A stretch of DNA of 64,000 nucleotides from an uncultured Thermoproteaceae archaeon. GTDB taxonomy: Archaea > Thermoproteota > Thermoprotei > Thermoproteales > Thermocladiaceae. Positions within the stretch are counted from its first letter, which is position 1, and each line of letters begins with the position of its first letter. This document shows positions 40,926 through 49,742 of this stretch, in pieces. The notes beneath the pieces were generated by a model. That model ran no database searches and was not told where the DNA came from. It was given only the letters and a program-made list of their open reading frames with translations. The translations under genes and the position numbers were made by a program. The DNA is taken from the NCBI GenBank assembly GCA_964575955.1, contig CAZNTG010000009.1, positions 64,001-128,000 on the forward strand, read 5' to 3'.

Positions 40926-42283
40926 TGCCTTATTAGTTCTTCATGAAATCTATACATAACTGTTGCCCCCTTGTCTGATGGTACTGCTACTGTGAATGCA
41001 TTTCTCATAAATAATGTGCTTAGTATTGGTACGTCTTTTAGATGTGACATGTATGGACTTATTAGTGATGGATCTCCAGCACCATGACCTATAACTGATA
41101 CTAGTGCTATATCTTTGTAGAATTTTGCCTCATCTATAAGTCTTTTAGATTGTAATGTTGATAGTAGTTTTACTACATGATCTATAACACTACTCTTAAC
41201 GATCATGTATAGTTGTGATTCATAGTCTGAATATGTCATATATCTAACATCTTCAATTCCAAGTTTTGACAATCCTATAGATAGTTCCATTAAAAAGTCG
41301 TGTAGTGTATCTTCAGGTACTTTAGCTTGTACAAGTACGTCTCCTGTAGTCATTGCTGATAATTTTATTGGTGGTTCTCGAACATCTTTCTGTATTATAG
41401 TCTTTTCTTGAGCTCCTATTGATGTTATCACAGTCTTGATGTTAGTATTCTTAACAGGTTCGAAAGTTCTTGGATGTAGTCTCTTAGCTCCAAGTTGTGC
41501 ACTCATTATAGCTTCACTATAGCTAAGTTCAGGAACTACTCTAGGATTTTTAACGTACTTTGGATCTCCAGTCATTATTCCAGGAACGTCTGTATATAGT
41601 ATAACCTGTTCTGCATCTACTAGATATGCTAGTAGTGTTGCAGTATAGTCACTACCACCTCTTCCAAGTGTTGTTATTTTACCATCTATAGTTCCTGCAA
41701 TAAATCCTGTAACTATTGGAGTTATACCATTCTTCAAGTATCTTAGAAGATTTTCTTGTACAAGTTTTCTAGAAATTTCATATATTGGCTTAGCTTCACC
41801 ATACCTCTCATTAGTTACAATACCAGCCTCTCTACCAGTCATATGTACACACTCAACACCAATTTTCGTTAATGCTGCCCACATTATGATAACGCTCAAC
41901 CTCTCTCCAAATGATAATACTAGATCTCTAATTCTTGCAGATGTTTCCTTTAGAACATTTATAGCTTCAACAGTTCTATAAAGCTCTTCTAGTAGTGAAT
42001 TAATCTTCGCAATAACCTCCTTCTCAAGTGTTGATGATAGTCCAAGTTCTCTAACAATCTTCTCATGAAGTTCACGAATCTGTAATACTCTATCTTGCCA
42101 CCTATCTACAGGTCTTGACAATACTTCTAACATATCTGTAACACCTTTAACAGCAGAAACAACAACAATAACTTCAAGACCTGACTCTATAAGTCTACAA
42201 ATTTCACGAGCAATTCTAACAAAATCACTACCCTCCCTAAGTAATGATCCACCAAACTTAACAACAACACGCATTAGCCACAA
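40910..42283 (-). CDS. lysC: Aspartate kinase
   Basis: VKFGGS, VVVSA, SFGERLS, TLGRGGSDYTA, TDVPGI; C-terminal ACT domains. Confidence 0.93.
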   Translation of the reverse strand: MWLMRVVVKFGGSLLREGSDFVRIAREICRLIESGLEVIVVVSAVKGVTDMLEVLSRPVDRWQDRVLQIRELHEKIVRELGLSSTLEKEVIAKINSLLEELYRTVEAINVLKETSARIRDLVLSFGERLSVIIMWAALTKIGVECVHMTGREAGIVTNERYGEAKPIYEISRKLVQENLLRYLKNGITPIVTGFIAGTIDGKITTLGRGGSDYTATLLAYLVDAEQVILYTDVPGIMTGDPKYVKNPRVVPELSYSEAIMSAQLGAKRLHPRTFEPVKNTNIKTVITSIGAQEKTIIQKDVREPPIKLSAMTTGDVLVQAKVPEDTLHDFLMELSIGLSKLGIEDVRYMTYSDYESQLYMIVKSSVIDHVVKLLSTLQSKRLIDEAKFYKDIALVSVIGHGAGDPSLISPYMSHLKDVPILSTLFMRNAFTVAVPSDKGATVMYRFHEELIRQWEKR

Positions 42284-42325
42284 ATAACAGAAAAACCCAT
42301 TAAAAACATTAAACCTACAAAACAG

Positions 42326-42338
42326 AAACCCTTAAAAA
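42326..42338 (+). promoter_or_regulatory. BRE/TATA promoter of tRNA-His
   Basis: AAACCC-TTAAAAA ending about 28 nt upstream of the tRNA. Confidence 0.6.
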
Positions 42339-42365
42339 CACTACACAAGACAGAGAGAATAGCAA

Positions 42366-42468
42366 GGCCGGGGTAGTGTAGCCTGGGAAGCATGCGGGCC
42401 TGTACCAGGCCCCTTCGGGGCCGGGGGTAAGGAGCCCGTGGACCCGGGTTCAAATCCCGGCCCCGGCC
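42366..42468 (+). tRNA. tRNA-His(GUG) with genomic G-1 and a 27-nt intron at non-canonical position 35/36 (42404-42430)
   Basis: Acceptor GCCGGGG/CCCCGGC, G-1 and C73, T-loop TTCAAAT; splicing gives anticodon loop CT-GTG-GA; relaxed BHB present. Confidence 0.9.
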
Positions 42469-42474
42469 AATCTC

Positions 42475-43416
42475 CTAGTAATACCATGTTAGTCTATATT
42501 CATGCTCTGTGAGGTATGTTCCAACCATATGTGCATTACATACACTCTTTAAATCACATATTTCACATCTAGGATTTTCATATGTACATACTTTTCTACC
42601 ATGATTCCAGAGATAGTCATCTAGAATTGTAACATCTTTACCACATATTTTGGATACTTCTTTCCATGCTTTTCTAATAGTTAATCTAATTTCAACATCT
42701 AGATTGTATGAAACTTCAACTCTATCCTGTATATATTTTATAATTTTTTCATCAAGATTTACAATTCCAAGTCTTATTGCAATTCTTGTTAGATGATTAT
42801 CTACAGGTATTTCAATATTTTCAAAATCTTTAATATTTACTAGCTTTCTTCTATGTAAAAATTTTAGTAGTAGGAATATCTTCTTCTCTACAGGATCTTC
42901 ATATGCTCTATATATTTTTAATAATTCTGCAATCCCTCTACTTCCTCTAATATATCCATTAGATTCTTTAAATATGTTACTAAATTTTCCATTATAGAGT
43001 ATGTATGTTTTCTTACCTAAATCTCTTAGTAGTATTGTTCTAATATTGATATCCCATAATTCTACCATATCGTTTGGACATAGCCATCTTCTAACTATAC
43101 TAACGTCAACATCTTTCAATTTTTCAGGTGTGAAGAATTTTGGATCTTTATCATACATTTCCTTACCTAATCTCCATAGTAGATCTGCACCTTCAAAATA
43201 TTCTTCACTAATTTTCAATCTATATTTTGTAAACATGCTTGTTCTATGGTCTATAGATACCATAGTTGTGAAGTATGATATTACCAATTCATAATCATCC
43301 TTTTCAGATGGGTAGTATCTAGGGTCTAGAAAGTTGTCAGGAGCTATCTCTAATCTCTTAAAGACATCTCCAACTCTGACTATCTGTTCCTGATTTATCC
43401 AGATCATGATGTTCAT
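42475..43416 (-). CDS. HhH-GPD/N-glycosylase-like protein with Fe-S cluster loop (resembles queuosine-salvage-like family)
   Basis: DPVEKK, IPVDNHLTRIAIRLG, DDYLW, CTYENPRCEICDLKSVC. Confidence 0.7.
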   Translation of the reverse strand: MNIMIWINQEQIVRVGDVFKRLEIAPDNFLDPRYYPSEKDDYELVISYFTTMVSIDHRTSMFTKYRLKISEEYFEGADLLWRLGKEMYDKDPKFFTPEKLKDVDVSIVRRWLCPNDMVELWDINIRTILLRDLGKKTYILYNGKFSNIFKESNGYIRGSRGIAELLKIYRAYEDPVEKKIFLLLKFLHRRKLVNIKDFENIEIPVDNHLTRIAIRLGIVNLDEKIIKYIQDRVEVSYNLDVEIRLTIRKAWKEVSKICGKDVTILDDYLWNHGRKVCTYENPRCEICDLKSVCNAHMVGTYLTEHEYRLTWYY

Positions 43417-43476
43417 ATTGCTTTTTAGGTAATCTATTTAAAATTTAGACGACACATGTCTTAGCTAAGTGGAATT

Positions 43477-44058
43477 ATGGCTTCTGAAGTTGTTCGAAAG
43501 CTTGTAGAAGGTGTAGTTAGTAAACTTACTGAAGAATTAAATTCTTGGAGAGAGAATATTAGACTTAGAGCTGAAACTGAGCTTTATGAAGCTGCAAAAT
43601 CTGTAATTGATAAATATGCATCAGCAATTGATGAGCTTGAGAAGGAGATTAGACTAGAGAGAGAGTTTAGACTCTACAACACGATGATGGAGATTGAGAG
43701 AAGAAGGTTAGAATTCATTGAGAATTTTGTAAATAAGGTTATTGATACTGTAATTGAGAGAGTGAAGCAGTTGAAAGGTACTGAGAGATATAGAGAATAC
43801 ATGAAGGCTTGTCTAAACACGGCAAGATACTACATAGGTTCTGACGAGCTTGTAGTTAAGTGTAGTCAAAGTGATAGAGAACTTGTTGAGATATTAGCAT
43901 CAGAATTAAAGCTTAAACTTGTAATTGAGACAGTTCCAGAAGAGTTATATGGTATTAGAGCAGCCTCAATAGATGGTAAAGTTGCACTAGACTTAACATT
44001 AAGTACTAGATTAAACTTATTAAGGGAGAAGATTAAAGGATTAGCAGTAAGGGGATAA
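43477..44058 (+). CDS. atpE: A/V-type ATP synthase subunit E
   Basis: Coiled-coil N-terminus, GI..S.DG..LD.T..RL C-terminus, directly upstream of subunit A. Confidence 0.75.
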   Translation: MASEVVRKLVEGVVSKLTEELNSWRENIRLRAETELYEAAKSVIDKYASAIDELEKEIRLEREFRLYNTMMEIERRRLEFIENFVNKVIDTVIERVKQLKGTERYREYMKACLNTARYYIGSDELVVKCSQSDRELVEILASELKLKLVIETVPEELYGIRAASIDGKVALDLTLSTRLNLLREKIKGLAVRG

Positions 44059-44061
44059 ATT

Positions 44062-45861
44062 ATGGCAGAGCAGAAGGGTAAGATAATCTGGATTAGTGGT
44101 CCTGTAGTAAAAGCTGAACTTCCTGGAGCTAAGATGTATGAGCTAGTCTTCGTTGGTGAACTTGGCCTATTTGGAGAAGTTGTCAGAATTCAGGGTGATA
44201 TAGCATTCATACAGGTATATGAAGACACGACAGGAATTAAGCCAGGAGAGCCTGTAGTAAGATCAGGAGAGCCACTATGTGCATGGCTTGGACCTGGAAT
44301 ACTTGGAACAGTGTATGATGGAGTTCAAAGACCTCTAAAATTGATATATGAGACTACTGGAAGCCCATTCATAGCTAGAGGTATTGGATATGATAAAGCA
44401 CCACCACTAGACTTTAAGAAGAAGTGGCACTTCGTACCAAAGGTAAAGCAGGGTGATGAAGTACAGCCTGGAGATATTCTAGGTGTTGTACAGGAAACAC
44501 CACTGGTAGAGCATAGAATAATGTATCCACCACTACCAGAGAATAAGCCTGGAAAGGTCAAGTATATAGCACCTGAAGGAGACTACACAATAGATGAGGT
44601 AATTGCAGAGATTGAGACCAAGGAAGGAGTTGTCAAGGTTAAGATGTGGCATAAATGGCCTGTTAGAAAGCCAAGACCATTCGTAGAGAAGTTACCACCA
44701 GTAGAGCCATTCTTAACAAACATCAGAATACTAGACACACTATTCCCAATAGCTAAAGGAGGAACAGCATGTGTGCCAGGACCATTCGGAACAGGTAAGA
44801 CAGTGACGATACAGAGCTTAATGAAGTACTCAGCAGCAAGAATATGCTTCCCAGTACTATGTGGTGAACGTGGTAATGAGGCTGCAGATTCACTACACAG
44901 TCTACTAAAATTGACAGATCCAGATACTGGAAGACCATTGATGGAGCGTACAGCAATTATTGTAAATACATCAAACATGCCTGTAGCAGCTAGAGAAGCA
45001 TCAATATACATGGGAATCACAATATCAGAATACTACAGAGATATGGGATATGACGTACTACTACTAGCAGACTCAACAAGCAGATGGGCAGAAGCTATGA
45101 GAGAGGTAGCACTTAGAATTGGTGAGATGCCATCAGAAGAAGGATTTCCAGCATACTTACCAACAAGAATTGCAGAATTCTATGAGAGAGCTGGAAGATG
45201 TGTACTACTAGGCAAGGAAGGTAGAATAGGATCAGTAACAATTGCTGCATCAGTATCACCACCAGGAGGAGACTTCACAGAACCAGTAACAAGCAACACA
45301 ATAAGATTCGTATCATGCTTCTGGCCACTATCAGCAAGAATTGCAGCACAGAGACACTACCCAGCATTCGACTGGTTAGCAGGATTCTCAAAGTATGTAG
45401 ACACAGTACAGGACTGGTGGCATAAGAATATTGGACCTGACTGGAGACAGCTTAGAGATCAGATGATGGAGTTGCTAGTTAAAGAGGCTGAATTGATGGA
45501 GATTGTGAGAATCCTAGGTACAGAAGCATTAAGTGAGTATGAGAGACATATACTAAACACAGCATACATGATTAGAGAAGGATTCCTAAAGCAGGACGCA
45601 TTCCACCCAATAGACTGCAGATCACCACCACCAAAGACATACATGTTGATGAAGATAATAATTGACGTATATTGGAGAAAGGGATTAGAAGCAATTAAGC
45701 GTGGAGTACCTGCACAGGCAATTAGAGAGTTAGAACTATCTAGAAGATTACCAAGACTTAGAATGGAGGTTACAGAGAAAGAGCTAGATAAATTGAAGGA
45801 GTTCTATGAACAGCTAAGTGCAGAGATTGATAAATTGATAGAGCAGTACGCTAAGAAGTAA
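44062..45861 (+). CDS. atpA: A/V-type ATP synthase subunit A
   Basis: GPFGTGKT, CGERGNE, NTSNMPVAARE, DSTSRWAEA, SPPGGDF. Confidence 0.97.
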   Translation: MAEQKGKIIWISGPVVKAELPGAKMYELVFVGELGLFGEVVRIQGDIAFIQVYEDTTGIKPGEPVVRSGEPLCAWLGPGILGTVYDGVQRPLKLIYETTGSPFIARGIGYDKAPPLDFKKKWHFVPKVKQGDEVQPGDILGVVQETPLVEHRIMYPPLPENKPGKVKYIAPEGDYTIDEVIAEIETKEGVVKVKMWHKWPVRKPRPFVEKLPPVEPFLTNIRILDTLFPIAKGGTACVPGPFGTGKTVTIQSLMKYSAARICFPVLCGERGNEAADSLHSLLKLTDPDTGRPLMERTAIIVNTSNMPVAAREASIYMGITISEYYRDMGYDVLLLADSTSRWAEAMREVALRIGEMPSEEGFPAYLPTRIAEFYERAGRCVLLGKEGRIGSVTIAASVSPPGGDFTEPVTSNTIRFVSCFWPLSARIAAQRHYPAFDWLAGFSKYVDTVQDWWHKNIGPDWRQLRDQMMELLVKEAELMEIVRILGTEALSEYERHILNTAYMIREGFLKQDAFHPIDCRSPPPKTYMLMKIIIDVYWRKGLEAIKRGVPAQAIRELELSRRLPRLRMEVTEKELDKLKEFYEQLSAEIDKLIEQYAKK

Positions 45862-47179
45862 GAGTCTTTAAAAACTTTACAAAATCATCAATATTCCTAG
45901 ATATATACTCAACAATAGCTTTACGAATAACATCTCTAGAAATATTTCTCATAAATATCTTACTAACCATAGCCTCTATAATACTTATAGTATCATTTTC
46001 CTCAAACATTCTGTAAGTACTATACTTCTTACAGATCTCAACAAGCTTATCTATAAGTGGTTCTATTTTATCAATATTAAAACCGACATCATCAATAACT
46101 TCAATATTTTGATCTCTTAACCTATCTTTAATATTTTCAGGTACTCTACATCTAGATACTACAAACATAATATCAGGCTTATATACAGATCTATACAACA
46201 TCACTATCTGCTCATCTTTAAGTTTAATACTCTTCTTCTCTTCAATCATAGTATCAACCTTCTTAACTTCAATACCTAGAATATCTGCAAGTCCCTGTCT
46301 AAGACCAACCAACCACTTACTTCTCCATTCTTCAGCTGATAGTGGTTTTGCTAATGGTCCTCTAATATATCTAACACGTGTATACCAATCTGGAAGTTCC
46401 TTACATTCAATTATCACGTGTGGTCTAACTATTGGAGGACTTCTCTCTAAATCAACAATATTAAATATAGCATCACCATACACAAGCATGTCTGGTCTAA
46501 GTGCTGTATATAGACTCCATATTCTCGATAGATCTTGAGTATCTTCCCAAGATATTGGTCTAGGAGCTTCAATGAAGAAGCTAATACTAGTAAAACCACA
46601 TCTCAAGACTGCGTTTGGTGGAATATATCCAAGCTTTTGCTTACTATGTCTCTCAAGTGATAATACACCAAGCTCAGGATATACCAGTCTAAAACCTCTT
46701 TCATGAAGTTTTAACAATATTGCTAAGAATACCCAATCCTGATATATAGTCCTCATATTTGTCCTAAGTGACGTCATTATGGCAGGATAAGCCTTCTCAG
46801 CAAACTCTTCAAAACTTACTTTACCTCTAAGAAGATCATGAACATATAGAAATATCTTCTTCTTAAGATGATGTTTTGGATCTTTCAAAAAACTTGAAAG
46901 TTCTTTAGAAAATACAATATCTAGAAGTCCAAAAGTCTTCTTAAACTTAGAAGCTAGATTTAGTAAAATATTTCTCCACTCTTCTGCAAGCTTAATATCA
47001 TCACCACATACAACATCAACTATAGCATCTCTAAAAGATTCAAATAAAGTATGAAACTTCTCTCTAACTTCAACATTTCTAAATTTAAAAGTTCTATTTG
47101 GATCATAAGTATCTAAAAATTTCATTAACTCATTAAAATAGTTTAATATACTCGACAACTTATCTACAACCTTACCCAC
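45851..47179 (-). CDS. Uncharacterized protein with putative PD-(D/E)XK nuclease motif
   Basis: LRPDML...VIIECKE motif. Confidence 0.55.
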   Translation of the reverse strand: MGKVVDKLSSILNYFNELMKFLDTYDPNRTFKFRNVEVREKFHTLFESFRDAIVDVVCGDDIKLAEEWRNILLNLASKFKKTFGLLDIVFSKELSSFLKDPKHHLKKKIFLYVHDLLRGKVSFEEFAEKAYPAIMTSLRTNMRTIYQDWVFLAILLKLHERGFRLVYPELGVLSLERHSKQKLGYIPPNAVLRCGFTSISFFIEAPRPISWEDTQDLSRIWSLYTALRPDMLVYGDAIFNIVDLERSPPIVRPHVIIECKELPDWYTRVRYIRGPLAKPLSAEEWRSKWLVGLRQGLADILGIEVKKVDTMIEEKKSIKLKDEQIVMLYRSVYKPDIMFVVSRCRVPENIKDRLRDQNIEVIDDVGFNIDKIEPLIDKLVEICKKYSTYRMFEENDTISIIEAMVSKIFMRNISRDVIRKAIVEYISRNIDDFVKFLKTLTS

Positions 47180-47223
47180 AGAAGAGTGAAAGTATTAAAG
47201 AAAATAAATCTTCCTAAATATAG

Positions 47224-47272
47224 ATGATGAATACGGAGCTCAATGATAGATGATTAACTGGGGAACTACTGA
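47224..47272 (+). ncRNA. C/D-box guide sRNA (array unit 1)
   Basis: ATGATGA-ATACGGAGCTCA-ATGA-tag-ATGATTA-ACTGGGGAACTA-CTGA with TAGA/TCTA terminal stem. Confidence 0.88.
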
Positions 47273-47293
47273 TCTAAAAATGTTGTATAGACA

Positions 47294-47342
47294 ATGATGA
47301 AGTTTCACTTCGCTGAATGTTGATGAAGCCTCTACTCGCTGA
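47294..47342 (+). ncRNA. C/D-box guide sRNA (array unit 2)
   Basis: ATGATGA-AGTTTCACTTCG-CTGA-atg-TTGATGA-AGCCTCTACTCG-CTGA. Confidence 0.93.
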
Positions 47343-47359
47343 ATATTCATCATTCTATA

Positions 47360-47409
47360 ATGATGACGCCAATTTGCCTCTGAATATTGATGAAGTCACC
47401 CGAGACTGA
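47360..47409 (+). ncRNA. C/D-box guide sRNA (array unit 3)
   Basis: ATGATGA-CGCCAATTTGCCT-CTGA-ata-TTGATGA-AGTCACCCGAGA-CTGA. Confidence 0.93.
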
Positions 47410-47410
47410 T

Positions 47411-47992
47411 CTAGACAATACCTTTAGTACTTTGAACATGTTCAACAATTCTTGAAGCTTCATTAATAGAGATTCCAAGAGATTTAAATATAGCCTCAGT
47501 AATATGATGTTCATTAAAACCGTCAAGAACCTTTATATGAATAGTAGCTTTTAGATTTGTTGTGAAAGTATTTAAGAAATGTACAATATTTTCTGTAGAT
47601 ATATCACCAATCTTCTCTCTTCTATACCTATAGTTGAATTTGAAGTATACTCTACTACATAAATCTACAGATGTTAGACATAGAGCATCATCCATAGGTA
47701 TTATAGACCATCCAAATCTCTTTATTCTAGATCTATCTCCAAGTGCATTATTTAGAGCATTTCCTAGACATATAGCAACATCTTCAACAATATGATGATC
47801 ATCACCACAACTCTTCAATTCTTCAGCATGAATTTCACCACTAAACTTTGCATAAAATAAGAAGGTCTCTAACATATGGTCTAGAAATCTTATTGAAGTA
47901 TTAACACTTATATGACCATGATCGTCAATGTTTAAATAAACTCTAACATATGTTTCTCTAGTCTTTCTTTCACAAAAACCTTCTCTACCCAC
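47411..47992 (-). CDS. hisB: Imidazoleglycerol-phosphate dehydratase
   Basis: RKTRET, FLDHML, DHHIVED, PMDD, NEHHITE, STKG. Confidence 0.96.
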   Translation of the reverse strand: MGREGFCERKTRETYVRVYLNIDDHGHISVNTSIRFLDHMLETFLFYAKFSGEIHAEELKSCGDDHHIVEDVAICLGNALNNALGDRSRIKRFGWSIIPMDDALCLTSVDLCSRVYFKFNYRYRREKIGDISTENIVHFLNTFTTNLKATIHIKVLDGFNEHHITEAIFKSLGISINEASRIVEHVQSTKGIV

Positions 47993-47994
47993 AT

Positions 47995-48714
47995 TTAGAG
48001 GTAGTTGAGGAAGTGTTCTAATCCTTTATTATACATTGCCATTCCAATAATAACACCATTAAAACCAAACTTTAATAAAAATTTAACATCTTCAACATCT
48101 CTAACACCACCAGCATAAAATAGATTTTTAATACTTAACCTACTCTTTAATTCATTTATCAATTCAATATATGGTTTAGGTCCTGTCATAGTTCCTTCAA
48201 CATCTATAGATGTGTGTATTATATTTTCAACATCTAGATTAGACAAGTACTCAACAACATTTCTAACATCTAAAACTTCTAACCATCCTGATATTGCTAA
48301 TCTACCACCTTTAACATCAATAGATATGAATATTCTATCTTTACCACATTTTGAAAATATTTTTTTAGTTTCATTTAAATCTTTAAATACTATGGAACCT
48401 AGAACTATATCACAATCATTTTCTACATATTTTAATGCATCTTCTAGTTTTCTAATACCGCCACCAACCTCTACCCTTATTCCATATTCTCTACATATAT
48501 TAACTATCTTAATTATAGTTTCAAAGTTTATAGGTTTTCCAAATTTTGCTCCATCTAGATCTACAATATGTATTCTCTTAACTTTATCTGAGAATTTTAA
48601 TATATTTTCAAGAACTTTCATAGGATCCTCCTTCACAATTTCAGAACCTTCAACACCTCTAATTCTCTTAACAGCTAAACCTCTAGATATGTCTATGCTA
48701 GGTATTATAACCAT
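47995..48714 (-). CDS. hisA: ProFAR isomerase
   Basis: IIPSID, HIVDLDGA, GGGIR, DVEGTMTG, AGGV. Confidence 0.93.
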   Translation of the reverse strand: MVIIPSIDISRGLAVKRIRGVEGSEIVKEDPMKVLENILKFSDKVKRIHIVDLDGAKFGKPINFETIIKIVNICREYGIRVEVGGGIRKLEDALKYVENDCDIVLGSIVFKDLNETKKIFSKCGKDRIFISIDVKGGRLAISGWLEVLDVRNVVEYLSNLDVENIIHTSIDVEGTMTGPKPYIELINELKSRLSIKNLFYAGGVRDVEDVKFLLKFGFNGVIIGMAMYNKGLEHFLNYL

Positions 48715-49742
48715 TGAGTAAGTCTTTTACTAAACTTGCTTAAAATTACACCAAGAGCATATGCTATAGCTGTTGTACTTCTCATAGCATGTCCTGTCAT
48801 AGGTCCAAGCCTAATTTCACAATGTGCAAAATCTCTAATCTCTATAGGAACATCCTCAATCTCATTACCAAGAACAAGACATAATCTTCTACCTCTACTA
48901 ATTATGTTGTACGATAACTCCTGTAGAACACTTTCACCATGTATAGCATATTGAGATAAAACTACAATATAGTCAACATCTTTGAAACAATCTTCTAGAT
49001 AACATACATCAACATTCTCAGGTTTATCAATACCAAGTTTATTACATGCCTCATATATCATATTAATGCTCCTACCTGACTTATCTAAAATTTTCAATTT
49101 AACATTAATGGCTCTGGCAAGCTGTATAAGATCCATATATTCGTAAATAGTTAACGGTTCAAGAACTATAACTTCTACATAATTCAAAATATTGTGAGGA
49201 ATAACTTCTCTAATCTTAACATAACTCACATTTGTAGAATATCCAACTAGTATAATGCCTCTCCTAACTTCAATATATATGTAACACTCAGGATTTTCTA
49301 AATTAACTTCACAAATTTTTGATAATTCAATACCAACAATTCTACACAACTCTACACTAGTTATTGGAAATTTCTTATAAATTCTCTTACATACTACTCT
49401 AAAATTTCTACACCTATACCTATCTAAGACTTCTCTCAAAGTATCCATACATAATCTCTTCAACATATCTACAACATTGTCAAAATCTTCATACCTTACT
49501 ACATACTTTAATTTGAGTATATGACATATGTAGTTTATAGTTCTCATTATTTTTGATATGTAGTTTATATCTTCTATATCAGTCTTTAATACTACTTCAC
49601 CTTCTCTTGATAGTTCATAAACTATCTCTACATCTACTCCAATCTCTTTAAGATCTTTAAATATTTTTTCAAAACTTATCTTCTTTGCATATGGTTCTAA
49701 TGTTATTATGTATGTATTTTCAAATTTTTCAATATTTAACAT
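48705..49742 (-). CDS. THUMP-SPOUT fusion RNA methyltransferase (TrmTS-like)
   Basis: THUMP (FRVVCKR...VNLENP) followed by SPOUT knot (VLGNEIEDVP...IRLGP...AMRS). Confidence 0.75.
   Translation of the reverse strand: MLNIEKFENTYIITLEPYAKKISFEKIFKDLKEIGVDVEIVYELSREGEVVLKTDIEDINYISKIMRTINYICHILKLKYVVRYEDFDNVVDMLKRLCMDTLREVLDRYRCRNFRVVCKRIYKKFPITSVELCRIVGIELSKICEVNLENPECYIYIEVRRGIILVGYSTNVSYVKIREVIPHNILNYVEVIVLEPLTIYEYMDLIQLARAINVKLKILDKSGRSINMIYEACNKLGIDKPENVDVCYLEDCFKDVDYIVVLSQYAIHGESVLQELSYNIISRGRRLCLVLGNEIEDVPIEIRDFAHCEIRLGPMTGHAMRSTTAIAYALGVILSKFSKRLTQWL

Noticed and set aside
42366-42468. tRNA-Tyr(GTA) with a canonical 37/38 intron
   Set aside because: Archaeal Tyr needs C1-G72 and A73; this gene has G1-C72, G-1 and C73, and the BHB fits a 35/36 intron
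44062-45861. Intein in ATPase subunit A
   Set aside because: Normal 599-aa length and contiguous Walker A region
47221-47410. Mini CRISPR array
   Set aside because: Constant parts are only 4-7 nt C/D boxes and variable parts 12-13 nt; no 24-40 nt repeats and no cas genes
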